Below, piece after piece: positions 24,528 to 37,196 of a DNA stretch of 64,000 bases; position 1 is the stretch's first letter, and the number at the start of each line of letters is the position of its first letter. The DNA lies in NCBI GenBank assembly GCA_965235115.1, contig OZ249436.1:42968001-43032000 (forward strand), read 5' to 3'. The DNA is from Laetmonice hystrix. Lineage: Eukaryota. A model generated the notes under the pieces. It did no database searches and was not told the origin of the DNA. It saw only the letters and a program-made list of their open reading frames with translations. Both the position numbers and the translations under genes were made by a program.

Positions 24528-27500
24528 CAGTGAAACCAGTGGCTCGGCGCGCCAGTACACTGGCCACCTGTCAGTGCTGGCAGGGTAAAAACCAATGTGG
24601 CTCGGCGCCAGTACACTGGCCACCTGTCGGTGCTGGGATAGTGAAACCAATGTCAGGGTGCGCAGCGACTTGAAAAGTGCTTGGATTTTCAGGCCTGGCT
24701 TGAAAAGTACTTGAATTTTGACAGGGTCTTGAAAACTGAACAAAAACCTTGAAAAGTGCTTGAGTTCCTGTATTTTATCCTTGAATTTGGCGGGAGGGAG
24801 GCAGTAACGAAATCGGGGCATGATATAGTCTTAAATTCTTAGGGAATTTGACTGCTCACAACTGCCGTCGGCTATTCTCCGTCATTTTATTTTTGCACAA
24901 AAAGTATTGCATGAACAAGAAACATATCTGCAGTGACTAAAGTCAAATACAGCCCTATTAATTGACCATACAAGCTCAGATTTTGCCGCGTGCATGTCCT
25001 TAAAATTCGAGAAAATGGCCTTGAAAAGCCCTTGAAAAGTGCTTGAATTTTTTTGGTGAAATTTGCTGCGCACCCTGAATGTGGCTCGGCGCCAGTACAC
25101 TGGCCACCTGTCAGTGCTGTGATAGTGAAACCAATGTGGCTCGGCGCCAGTACACTGGCCACCTGTCAGTGCTGGGATAGTGAAACCAATGTGGCTCAGC
25201 GCCAGTACACTGGCCACCTGTCAGTGCTGGGATAGTGAAACCAATGTGGCTCGGCGCCAGTACACTGGCCACCTGTCAGTGCTGGGATAGTGAAACCAAT
25301 GTGGCTCGGCGCCAGTACACTGGCCACCTGTCAGTGCTGGGATAGTGAAACCAATGTGGCTCGGCGCCAGTACACTGGCCACCTGTCAGTGCTGGGATAG
25401 TGAAACCAATGTGGCTCGGCGCGCCAGTACACTGGCCACCTGTCAGTGCTGGGATAGTGAAACCAATGTGGCTCGGCGCGCCAGTACACTGGCCACCTGT
25501 CAGTGCTGGGATAGTGAAACCAATGTGGCTCAGCGCCAGTACACTGGCCACCTGTCAGTGCTGGGATAGTGAAACCAATGTGGCTCGGCGCGCCAGTACA
25601 CTGGCCACCTGTCAGTGCTGGGATAGTGAAACCAATGTGGCTCGGCGCGCCAGTACACTGGCCACCTGTCATTGCTGGGATAGTGAAACCAATGTGGCTC
25701 GGCGCGCCAGTACACTGGCCACCTGTCAGTGCTGGGATAGTAAAACCAATGTGGCTCGGCGCGCCAGTACACTAGCCACCTGTCAGTGCTGGGATAGTGA
25801 AACCAATGTGGCTCGGCGCGCCAGTACACTGGCCACCTGTCAGTGCTGGGATAGTGAAACCAATGTGGCTCGGCGCGCCAGTACACTGGCCACCTGTCAG
25901 TGCTGGGATAGTGAAACCAATGTGGCTCGGCGCGCCAGTACACTGGCCACCTGTCAGTGCTGGGATAGTGAAACCAATGTGGCTCGGCGCCAGTACACTG
26001 GCCACCTGTCAGTGCTGGGATAGTGAAACCAATGTGGCTCGGCGCCAGTACACTGGTTACCTGTCAGTGCTGGGATAGTGAAACCAATGTGGCTCGGCGC
26101 GCCAGTACACTGGCCACCTGTCAGTGCTGGGATAGTGAAACCAATGTGGCTCGGCGCGCCGGTACACTGGCCACCTGTCAGTGCTGGGATAGTGAAACCA
26201 ATGTGGCTCGGCGCGCCAGTACACTGGCCACCTGTCAGTGCTGGGATAGTGAAACCAATGTGGCTCGGCGCGCCGGTACACTGGCCACCTGTCAGTGCTG
26301 GGATAGTGAAACCAATGTGGCTCGGCGCCAATACACTGGCCACCTGTCAGTGCTGGGATAGTGAAACCAATGTGGCTCGGCGCGCCAGTACACTGGTCAC
26401 CTGTCAGTGCTGGGATAGTGAAACCAATGTGGCTCGGCGCCAGTACACTGGCCACCTGTCAGTGCTGGGATAGTCAAACCAATGTGGCTCGGCGCGCCAG
26501 TACACTGGCCACCTGTCAGTGCTGGGATAGTCAAACCAATGTGGCTCGGCGGCAGTACACTGGCCACCTGTCAGTGCTGGGATAGTGAAACCAATGTGGC
26601 TCGGCGCCAGTACACTGGTCACCTGTCAGTGCTGGGATAGTGAAACCAATGTGGCTCGGCGCCAGTACACTAGCCACCTGTCAGTGCTGGGATAGTGAAA
26701 CCAATGTGGCTCGGCGCGCCGGTACACTGGCCACCTGTCAGTGCTGGGATAGTGAAACCAATGTGGCTCGGCGCCAGTACACTAGCCACCTGTCAGTGCT
26801 GGGATAGTGAAACCAATGTGACTCGGCGCCAGTACACTGGCCACCTGTCAGTGCTGGGATAGTGAAACCAATGTGGCTCGGCGCGCCGGTACACTGGCCA
26901 CCTGTCAGTGCTGGGATAGTGAAACCAATGTGGCTCCGCGCCAGTACACTAGCCACCTGTCAGTGCTGGGATAGTGAAACCAATGTGGCTCGGCGCGCCA
27001 GTACACTGGCCACCTGTCAGTGCTGGGATAGTGAAACCAATGTGGCTCGGCGCGCCAGTACACTGGCCACCTGTCAGTGCTGGGATAGTGAAACCAATGT
27101 GGCTAGGCGCGCCAGTACACTGGCCACCTGTCAGTGCTGGGATAGTGAAACCAATGTGGCTCGGCGCCAGTACACTGGCCACCTGTCAGTGCTGGGATAG
27201 TGAAACCAATGTGGCTCGGCGCCAGTACACTGGTTACCTGTCAGTGCTGGGATAGTGAAACCAATGTGGCTCGGCGCGCCAGTACACTGGCCACCTGTCA
27301 GTGCTGGGATAGTGAAACCAATGTGGCTCGGCGCGCCGGTACACTGGCCACCTGTCAGTGCTGGGATAGTGAAACCAATGTGGCTCGGCGCGCCAGTACA
27401 CTGGCCACCTGTCAGTGCTGGGATAGTGAAACCAATGTGGCTCGGCGCGCCGGTACACTGGCCACCTGTCAGTGCTGGGATAGTGAAACCAATGTGGCTC

Positions 27501-28369
27501 GGCGCCAATACACTGGCCACCTGTCAGTGCTGGGATAGTGAAACCAATGTGGCTCGGCGCGCCAGTACACTGGTCACCTGTCAGTGCTGGGATAGTGAAA
27601 CCAATGTGGCTCGGCGCCAGTACACTGGCCACCTGTCAGTGCTGGGATAGTCAAACCAATGTGGCTCGGCGCGCCAGTACACTGGCCACCTGTCAGTGCT
27701 GGGATAGTCAAACCAATGTGGCTCGGCGGCAGTACACTGGCCACCTGTCAGTGCTGGGATAGTGAAACCAATGTCGCTCGGCGCCAGTACACTGGTCACC
27801 TGTCAGTGCTGGGATAGTGAAACCAATGTGGCTCGGCGCCAGTACACTAGCCACCTGTCAGTGCTGGGATAGTGAAACCAATGTGGCTCGGCGCGCCGGT
27901 ACACTGGCCACCTGTCAGTGCTGGGATAGTGAAACCAATGTGGCTCGGCGCCAGTACACTAGCCACCTGTCAGTGCTGGGATAGTGAAACCAATGTGACT
28001 CGGCGCCAGTACACTGGCCACCTGTCAGTGCTGGGATAGTGAAACCAATGTGGCTCGGCGCGCCGGTACACTGGCCACCTGTCAGTGCTGGGATAGTGAA
28101 ACCAATGTGGCTCCGCGCCAGTACACTGGCGACCTGTCAGTGCTGGGATAGTGAAACCAATGTGGCTCGGCGCCAGTACACTGGCCACCTGTCAGTGCTG
28201 GGATAGTGAAACCAATGTGGCTCGGCGCCAGTACACTGGCCACCTGTCAGTGCTGGGATAGTGAAACCAATGTGGCTAGGCGCGCCAGTACACTGGCCAC
28301 CTGTCAGTGCTGGGATAGTGAAACCAATGTGGCTCGGCGCCAGTACACTGGCCACCTGTCAGTGCTGGG
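24528..28369 (+). repeat. 55/57-bp satellite (about 60 copies) interrupted by a transposon
   Basis: Unit gtgaaaccaatgtggctcggcg(cg)ccagtacactggccacctgtcagtgctgggata. Confidence 0.97.
24654..25077. mobile_element. 424-bp non-autonomous DNA transposon inserted in the 55/57-bp satellite, 5-bp TSD (hAT5-like)
   Basis: TIR CAGGGTGCGCAGC...GCTGCGCACCCTG; AATGT duplicated on both sides. The empty site can be read from neighbouring satellite units. Confidence 0.9.
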
Positions 28370-28400
28370 AGGGTGTCCTTTCCAGAAAATTTTTCATATT

Positions 28401-29031
28401 GAGGTTGACCTTACATTACTCAGGTTAAAACCTTGGTAATCATGGCGGAAAGATTTCCTGCTCCAGTATCGTGTCCAGAGGTTGACCTTACATTACTCAG
28501 GTTAAAACCTTGGTAATCATGGCGGAAAGATTTCCTGCTCCAGTATCGTGTCCAGAGGTTGACCTTACATTACTCAGGTTAAAACCTTGGTAATCATGGC
28601 GGAAAGATTTCCTGCTCCAGTATCGTGTCCAGAGGTTGACCTTACATTACTCAGGTTAAAACCTTGGTAATCATGGAGGACAGGTTTCCTGCTCCAGTAT
28701 CGTGTCCAGAGGTTGACCTTACATTACTCAGGTTAAAACCTTGGTAATCATGGCGGACAGATTTCCTGCTCCAGTATCCAAAGGTTGACCTTACATTACT
28801 CAGGTTAAAACCTTGGTAATCATGGCGGAAAGATTTCCTGCTCCAGTATCGTGTCCAGAGGTTGAGCTTACATTACTCAGGTTAAAACCTTGGTAATCAT
28901 GGCGGACAGATTTCCTGCTCCAGTATCGTGTCCAGAGGTTGACCTTACATTACTCAGGTTAAAACCTTGGTAATCATGGCGCAAAGATTTCCTGCTCCAG
29001 TATCGTGTCCAGAGGTTGACCTTACATTACT
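28401..29031 (+). repeat. 77-bp tandem repeat (about 8 copies)
   Basis: Unit gaggttgaccttacattactcaggttaaaaccttggtaatcatggcggaaagatttcctgctccagtatcgtgtcca. Confidence 0.95.
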
Positions 29032-30351
29032 GAGTACTCAAGGAATATTAATGACACATTATTACCCGCTCAGTCTGAGCCTGGACCAGACGTCATACGA
29101 CCCGCTGAGAGACCGATACCTTTAGCATGACTACCGGTCGTACATACACATCTTTCCGACCTTCTTACCTCACACTATTGACTGTGTGACGTGAGGTGAC
29201 AGGTTCAGCATTGATTGGTATCTTAGGTACGTGAGGTAGATGATTGAGGCCACTGATTGTAGTTAAACCCATGCCGTGTCCTCCTCACCTTGCATCCACT
29301 GATTCCAGTCGATTGGATTATGCAGATTAATGATATTAGGAACATTTATTAATTATCACCTGTATTTTAAGATCTTAGTGTGATAATTAATGTCCTAATT
29401 AATGGGATAATAAATCTGAGATGGGTGATAATGTATAGATTTACATTATTCATGTCACAGACAGACAGACCTTTAGGACAACACAATCAGAATGATATTT
29501 GTTTTTTTTTTTTTTCGTTCTGATTACCATACTGTGTAGTACATGTATGCCTGCCGATCGGTACCCTGCCTGGTAGCCGACCGGCGGCTGGCTGGAGGTC
29601 AGAGGTCACGCAGGGGTGTTTACAGAGAACAGGGGAGATATTGACCGTGGATTGTGGGGGCAAGGAAGTTCGTGAGAACCCTCTTGGACACCATTACACG
29701 TACCTAAGCGGGGTAGTGGAGGGTGTGGGGTGGAGAGGGCCCTGGCTCTCCCCTGGGTTTCGAAAATATTCGTCCCGCTACTTTTCCAAACCTTACTGGT
29801 AAGTTCTCAAACAGCCGGGAATCATTCCTTCTAGATAAGAAATACTGATGATGGTTTTTTTCAGTAGATTCTTGTTACCGTTAACAAAAAATAGACTTAC
29901 GGGGGGGGGGGGGGGCTAGATCCGGGGGGGGGGGTTAGGTGCTTAGACCGCTTAGCTGCGCAATCGCGCAATCACACACCCCCACCCCCACTGGATCCGC
30001 CACTGCCAAGGAAGTACTCGGATTTTAAGAAAGAAGAAACAAAGGTTTGGAATCAAGCTAAAGATTTCTCGCAATATTTTGGTTTTATAAATGTCAGGCA
30101 TGATTTTTATGCCACAGCGCTTTTTGTAAAACACAAACTGATAAAATTGTTATCAGATCATCCAACATTGATAAATAAGTAAAAAAAAAAACGACAATAT
30201 TTATTGTGTCTACTAAACGCTTGGTTGAATAGACAATCTCTGTTTGCAGAAATCCTCGAGGAGAGAGGACTTGCCGTTGATTTCATTCCAGGAAATTCTG
30301 TAGAGGCATTGGTTGGTGTCAGTGTGAGCCGTCGACTAGCCTGGAGACGGA

Positions 30352-31233
30352 GAGGGGGCGTGTCGGGGTGGGGTGACGAGTCCTCTGTGAACGGTTGGCG
30401 TGGGGCGTGTCGGGGTGGGGTGACGAGTGCTCTGTGAACGGTTGGCGTGGGGCGTGTCGGGGTGGGGTGACGAGTGTGAACGGTTGGAGTGGGGCGTGTC
30501 GGGGTGGGGTGACGAGTGTGAACGGTTGGAGTGGGGCGTGTCGGGGTGGGGTGACGAGTGCTCTGTGAACGGTTGGAGTGGGGCGTGTCGGGGTGGGGTG
30601 ACGAGTGTGAACGGTTGGAGTGGGGCGTGTCGGGGTGGGGTGACGAGTGTGAACGGTTGGAGTGGGGCGTGTTGGGGTGGGGTGAGGAGTGTGAACGGTT
30701 GGAGTGGGGCGTGTCGGGGTGGGGTGACGAGTGTGAACGGTTGGAGTGGGGCGTGTCGGGGTGGGGTGACGAGTCCTCTGTGACCGGTTGGAGTGGGGTG
30801 TGTCGGGGTGGGGTGACGAGTGTGAACGGTTGGAGTGGGGCGTGTCGGGGTGGGGTGACGAGTGCTCTGTGAACGGTTGGAGTGGGGCGTTTCGGGGTGG
30901 GGTGACGAGTGTGAACGGTTGGAGTGGGGCGTGTCGGGGCTGGGTGACGAGTGTGAACGGTTGGAGTGGGGTGTTTTGGGGTGGGGTGACGAGTGCTCTG
31001 TGAACGGTTGGAGTGGGGCGTGTCGGGGTGGGGTGACGAGTGCTCTGTGAACGGTTGGAGTGGGGCGTTTCGGGGTGGGGTGACGAGTGTGAACGGTTGG
31101 AGTGGGGCGTGTCGGGGTGGGGTGACGAGTGTGAACGGTTGGAGTGGGGCGTGTCGGGGTGGGGTGACGAGTGTGAACGGTTGGAGTGGGGCGTGTCGGG
31201 GTGGGGTGACGAGTGTGAACGGTTGGAGTGGGG
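30352..31233 (+). repeat. G-rich 42/47-bp minisatellite (about 20 copies)
   Basis: Unit gtgaacggttggagtggggcgtgtcggggtggggtgacgagt(gctct). Confidence 0.95.
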
Positions 31234-31732
31234 AGAGACAGAGAGTCTAGGGTAGGGGAGCACCGGGTGCGGACAGTGCGGGCCCAGCCTGGACCCGTGC
31301 CGGACCAAGCCAGGGATGAGGAGGAGGGTTGAAGGAGTACTTCACACGTCCCGCCTACTGCATGCCGGGTAGATTCTAGCACGAGCTCTCCACTAACCAA
31401 TCAATGCGCGGGACGGGACACACCAGACAACCGCTCCACTGACGTGGGATGCGTCCTCTCCGCCTGCAAGATCTGGGCAGAAAAAGTGTCAGTTTATCCT
31501 AGGCTTCCTCAGCGATGGTCAGGGCAGTATTGCTGAGATGTGCATGAACTACAAAGCAAGGGTCAGCACCGGAAGTGCATCGATATTATTGGTGCCGTGA
31601 ATTCGTCAGCATTTTTTGTCTGTGACGGAACGTGTCCAGTTTGATTTCAGACCGCCAGGTGGCCAACGCCAGCGTTGCCGAGACCGAGATGGGATTGGTT
31701 TTATGGAAACGTGTGTTTGTGTTTACCTGTAG

Positions 31733-32037
31733 GAACGCCGTGTTCCAGACACTGTACGTCATGCTGGTGATAGGTGGTCACGTGATACTGGTGGTAGACG
31801 CCATGCCGTACCTGTACACCGTCAGCCCTGACGTCAATCACGTCATGACGCCGCTGGCGTTCCTTCTCCTCAACACGGCACTATTTATCGTCTGCTCAGT
31901 AAGTGATCCGGGCGTTGTGACGTCACACAATGTGGACAAGTACCAGGGAGTTTACCAGCCAGACTTTGTGCTTTATAAACCCAACAACCGGTGTCCTACT
32001 TGTCTTTTCATCAAACCGGCTCGGTCAAAACACTGTG
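31733..32037 (+). CDS. ZDHHC4: ZDHHC4-like coding exon 3 (NAVFQTLY...SDPGVVT...CPTCLFIKPARSKHC)
   Basis: ctgtag|G AAC...TGT G|gtaagg. Contains the DPG motif and CxxCxxxKPARSKHC, the start of the DHHC cysteine-rich domain. Confidence 0.93.
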
Positions 32038-32221
32038 GTAAGGAGATTCTTGTTCTAAACATCATGAATTATACAAAAACTCTGGCCGTAAGTCAGGGAC
32101 AATGGTGTCCACCTGATCTAATCATTGATAACATTCCCATTATTAGATATAGTTTAAACCAGCCGCTTCTAACGATAACAATGCGTTATAATATCACTGT
32201 CATGTCATTTCAAAATGTTTT

Positions 32222-32482
32222 TCTTATACGTGTATGCTGTGCAGTTTAAGGTAAAGTTATCGTTTAATGGTCTTTTAAACGTGTATACTGTGCAGTTTAA
32301 GGTAAAGTTATCGTGTACTGGTCTTTTATACGTGTATACTGTGCATTTTACGGTAAAGTTATCGTTTAATGGTCTTTTATACGTGTATGCTGTGCAGTTT
32401 AAGGTAAAGTTATGGTGTAATGGTGTTTTATACGTGTATACTATGCAGTTTAAGGTAAAGTTATGGTGTAATGGTGTTTTAT
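32222..32482 (+). repeat. Tandem repeat of about 52 bp (about 5 copies) ending just before the exon-4 acceptor of ZDHHC4
   Basis: Unit tatacgtgtatactgtgcagtttaaggtaaagttatcgtttaatggtcttt. Confidence 0.9.
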
Positions 32483-32493
32483 TTACCTCACAG

Positions 32494-32738
32494 CGATATC
32501 GGACCGCTGTTACTTCAAGTTCGACCACTACTGTGCATGGACCAACAACTGTGTAGGAGGGTTGAACCACCGTTGGTTTCTACTCTTTCTCTCCTCCTTG
32601 GTGGCTATGTGTGTGAATGGGGCTGTCATGGCCGTTCACGCTCTCGTCAACGTCACAAACCTTTACCAGCTCATGACGCTTCGATATCTTGACGCCAGAG
32701 GGCAGCCCCAGCCCATGAACATCCGGGTTCTGACTCAG
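32494..32738 (+). CDS. ZDHHC4: ZDHHC4-like coding exon 4 (AISDRCYFKFDHYCAWTNNCVGGLNHRWF...VLTQ)
   Basis: tcacag|CG ATA...ACT CAG|gtgagc. Catalytic motif reads D-H-Y-C followed by xWxNNCVG. Confidence 0.93.
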
Positions 32739-34130
32739 GTGAGCGACATACAGTTGTGGTTTTACGCCGTGTTAGCGGAAACTAAGGTTTCGTCAAACTT
32801 AGAATCAGTGCCGGATCCAGGATTTTGGGAGGGCAGACAAGGGGTCAATAAAGAAAGCTCTAGGCCTGTGAGTAAAAAAGAAAAAATGGTTACTCACCGC
32901 CAGCCCGGATTTTTTCACTGGGATATTATATTGCACGGTCATGGGAAGAAATCTATGACCTTTAGCATCAGGGGTACCACCAGTCTAACTATGGCACTCC
33001 ATGAAAAAAAAGTAAATGGACGAAAATTGTGAAATTATATTACCAAATTTTCTTTGTTACAGCATAAAATGCCTGTTTCACCCAAAGTGACAAAGTGACT
33101 CCCTGAGAGTTAGTGTCCAGCCTCTGATAAAAGATGACCAGCCACTGCTGTCATGTTGTAAGAGCCTCGTCAGAGGACGCAGTGAGAATTTATTATATGC
33201 GCATTCTGTCCGCCAGTGCCATTCAGGGGGTGCGATTCGGTGGTCCGTATGGAACGCGTGTTCCATATGTGTCCATCTGGCGGACCCCCAACGTCATAGC
33301 CAGGGTAGGTCCACAGTACAGCAGCAGTAGCAGAGCGCGGATTGGTTAGTCTATCTTTAGTGGCCGGAATTTTCTGATTGGCTGTTCTATATAGCAGCGT
33401 TTGGACTGGTCTCCAGCTCTCTTGACTACGCGGAGCGGAGGCAGGAGGCAGGGGACCAGTCTCAGTGTATGTCATGCGCACAACCCCACTTCCGTCACGG
33501 GAATTCCGTATAAAAATGGCTGCTGCGCTACTGCCCCATGGCTGCTGCTCATACTGCCTACCCCAAGAATGCCTGGCGCATGAATACGGCACTCCACCTT
33601 CCGTGTCGTGCCGTATTCATGCGCCAGGCACCACTTGCCCGCCGTGAAGGACCCTCATCCCGTATTTTTATGGTGATTGTCGGATAGATGAGCTAGTTAA
33701 CCAGACCGGAAGGACGGGGAAGGAGCAGTTACAGGACCGCACTGTAATCTTGAAAACACTGGTGATTCACTGGTGACAATTTACAGCAATAGTTTGTCAC
33801 ACGGGCATGGATTAATCTAAATCAGTTAAAATTGGTGGAGGGTAACAAGTTAATAAAATATAGATCGGGATGTATGGGAGAAAGGGATTCCGGTAATCTA
33901 GACGTATTAAACCCCCCAAGGCTGAGAGGACCTCGGACCAGAGTCAGTGAATTATTGCCCGGTGTGTACCTACGTGACCGACGATAATTTCCCGAGTCTG
34001 ATCGCGCTCAGTAAGTCAATGTGTAAGTGGGGAGTTGAGCTGGACTGTTCAATTAGGTCCAGTCTTCCCATTCCGGGAGGGACTTATAAATGTCTGGCAT
34101 GGAGAGTATTGAGTACCGGGGAGGGTAGTT

Positions 34131-35387
34131 GTGGATGACCTGCCAGTCAGGCTATGACCATCAGACTAGTGGATGACCTGCCAGTCAGGCTATGACCATC
34201 AGACTAGTGGATGACCTGCCAGTCAGGCTATGACCATCAGACTAGTGGATGACCTGCCAGTCAGGCTATGACCATCAGACTAATGGATGACCAGTCAGGC
34301 TTTGACCATCAGACTAGTGGATGACCTGCCAGTAAGACCATGACCATCAGACTAGTGGATGACCTGCCAGTCAGGCTATGACCATCAGACTAGTGGATGA
34401 CCTGCCAGTCAGGCTATGACCATCAGACTAGTGGATGACCTGCCAGTCAGGCTTTGACCATCAGACTAGTGGATGACCTGCCAGTCAGGCTATGACCATC
34501 AGACTAGTGGATGACCTGCCAGTCAGGCTATGACCATTAGACTAGTGGATGACCTGCCAGTCAGGCTATGACCGTTAGACTAGTGGATGACCTGCCAGTC
34601 AGGTTATGACCATCAGACTAGTGGATGACCTGCCAGTCAGACAAGGACCATCAGACTAGTGGATGACCTGCCAGTCAGGCTTTGACCATCAGACTAGTGG
34701 ATGACCTGCCAGTCAGGCTATGACCATCAGACTAGTGGATGACCTGCCAGTCAGGCTATGACCATCAGACTAGTGGATGACCTGCCAGTCAGGCTATGAC
34801 CATCAGACTAGTGGATGACCTGCCAGTCAGGCTATGACCATCAGACTAGTGGATGACCTGCCAGTCAGGCTATGACCATCAGACTAGTGGATGACCTGCC
34901 AGTCAGGCTATGACCATCAGACTAGTGGATGACCTGCCAGTCAGGTTATGACCATCAGACTAGTGGATGACCTGCCAGTCAGGCTATGACGATCAGACTA
35001 GTGGATGACCTGCCAGTCAGGCTATGACCATCAGACTAGTGGATGACCTGCCAGTCAGGCTATGACCATCAGACTAGTCGATGACCTGCCAGTCAGGCTA
35101 TGACCATCAGACTAGTGGATGACCTGCCAGTCAGGCTATGACCATCAGACTAGTGGATGACCTGCCAGTCAGGCTATGACCATCAGACTAGTGGATGACC
35201 TGCCAGTCAGGCTATGACCATCAGACTAGTGGATGACCTGCCAGTCAGGCTATGACCATCAGACTAGTGGATGACCTGTCAGTCAGGCTATGACCATCAG
35301 ACTAGTGGATGACCTGTCAGTCAGGCTATGACCATCAGACTAGTGGATGACCTGCCAGTCAGGCTATGACCATCAGACTAGTGGATG
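34131..35387 (+). repeat. 38-bp tandem repeat (about 33 copies)
   Basis: Unit gtggatgacctgccagtcaggctatgaccatcagacta. Confidence 0.97.
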
Positions 35388-35600
35388 TCATTATAAGACA
35401 CTGTTCAAGCAGCTGTCTGATTAACCCTTTATTGCTGCTTTTATCACACACACCGCTATGCGTTTGGGACCCCCGTGGGACACCAAGTGGGGTCCCCACA
35501 GCCCAACACAGTTTCATACACTTTGAACCGTAACACCTGCCAGTCAGGCTGTGACCATCAGACTAATGGATGACCAGTCAGGCTATGACCATCAGACTAG

Positions 35601-36009
35601 TAGAGCCAGTCAATTTCCGCGATCGCGGAATCGCGGACGGAATCGCGGAATTTACTATTTGAAACGGAATTTACTATCTGAAACGGAATTTCCAGTGTAA
35701 AACGGAAAATAACGGAAAACGTCTTTTTTACTACTGGTAATTCCCCAGCCGACCGTATACAGCGTAGCTAGGACCTGAGTTGGCCTGGCTGGACCCGCTA
35801 GAGGAGTGGGGTGGGAGGGTCATGAATATGCTTGAGCTCTTCTTAGAGCAAACAGACTGGACTCGCAAATGTGACAGGTGTGCAGATACCGTTGTGCATT
35901 TTTTGGGACACCCTGTATACTGAGAAAATACTAAAACGGAAAAAAAACGGAATTTTAAAAGTTCAAAACGGAATTTCCTGGCAAGGATCACGGAATTTGA
36001 CTGGGTCTA
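35601..36009. mobile_element. 409-bp non-autonomous DNA transposon, TAG termini, 6-bp TSD
   Basis: TAGAGCCAGTCAATTTCCG...CGGAATTTGACTGGGTCTA; GACTAG duplicated (35595-35600, 36010-36015); internal (a)cggaa repeats. Confidence 0.85.
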
Positions 36010-36019
36010 GACTAGTGGA

Positions 36020-37196
36020 TGTCATTATAAGACACTGTTCAAGCAGCTGTCTGATTAACCCTTTATTGCTGCTTTTATCAGATGTTGTTCATGCAGCTGT
36101 CTGATAACCCTTTATTTCTGCCATTATCAGACGCTGTTCATGCAGCTGTCTGATTAACCCTTTATTTCTGCCATTATCAGACACTGCTCATGCAGCTGTA
36201 TGATTAACCCTTTATTTCTGCCTGTATCAGACACTGTTCAAGCAGCTGTATGATTAACCCTTTATTTCTGCCATTATCAGACACTGTTCAAGCAGCTGTA
36301 TTTATAACTAACCCTTTATTTCTGCCATTATCAGACACTGTTCAAGCAGCTGTATGATTAACCCTTTATTTCTGCCTGTATCAGGCGCTGTTCATGCAGC
36401 TGTATGATTAACCCTTTATTTCTGCCATTATCAGACACTGTTCAAGCAGCTGTATGATTAACTCTTTATTTCTGCCATTATCAGACACTGTTCAAGCAGC
36501 TGTATGACTAACCCTTTATTTCTGCCATTATCAGACACTGTTCAAGCAGCTGTATGATTAATCCTTTATTTCTGCCATTATCAGACACTGTTCAAGCAGC
36601 TGTATGATTAATCCTTTATTTCTGCCATTATCAGACACTGTTCATGCAGCTGTCTGATTAACCCTTTATTTCTGCCTGTATCAGGCGCTGTTCATGCAGC
36701 TGTCTGATTAACCCTTTATTTCTGCCATTATCAGACACTGTTCAAGCAGCTGTATGATTAACCCTTTATTTCTGCCATTATCAGACACTGTTCAAGCAGC
36801 TGTATGATTAACCCTTTATTTCTGCCATTATCACACTGTTCAAGCAGCTGTATGATTAACCCTTCATTGCTGCCTGTATCAGACACTGTTCAAGCAGCTG
36901 TATGATTAACCCTTTATTTCTGCTATTATCAGACACTGTTCAAGCAGGTGTATGATTAACCCTTTATTGCTGCCTGTCTCAGGCGCTGTTCATGCAGCTG
37001 TATGATTAACCCTTTATTTCTGCTATTATCAGACACTGTTCAAGCAGCTGCATGATTAACCCTTTATTGCTGCCTTTATCAGACACTGTTCATGCAGCTG
37101 TCTGATTTACATTTTTCTCCCTTCATAAGACGCTGGTCATACAGTTACCTTATTAACCCTTTTTTCTACTTTCATCAGACATTGTTCATGCAGCTG
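36020..37196 (+). repeat. 50-bp tandem repeat (about 22 copies) containing the acceptor and first 18 nt of ZDHHC4 exon 5
   Basis: Unit ttaaccctttatttctgccattatcag|acactgttcaagcagctgtatga versus the true site tttcatcag|acattgttcatgcagctg. Confidence 0.95.

Noticed and set aside
24882..28439. Dozens of overlapping ORFs on both strands
   Set aside because: Artefacts of the 55/57-bp satellite.
28401..29031. 77-bp array as a marker of a hidden exon (ctcag|gt on +, gtaagg on -) or as ZDHHC4 exon 2
   Set aside because: The true exon 2 is at 19893-19975, and no coherent reading frame adjoins the array on either strand.
30319..31400. 329- and 354-aa Pro/His/Thr-rich minus-strand ORFs
   Set aside because: Produced by the C-rich strand of the 42/47-bp minisatellite within a ZDHHC4 intron.
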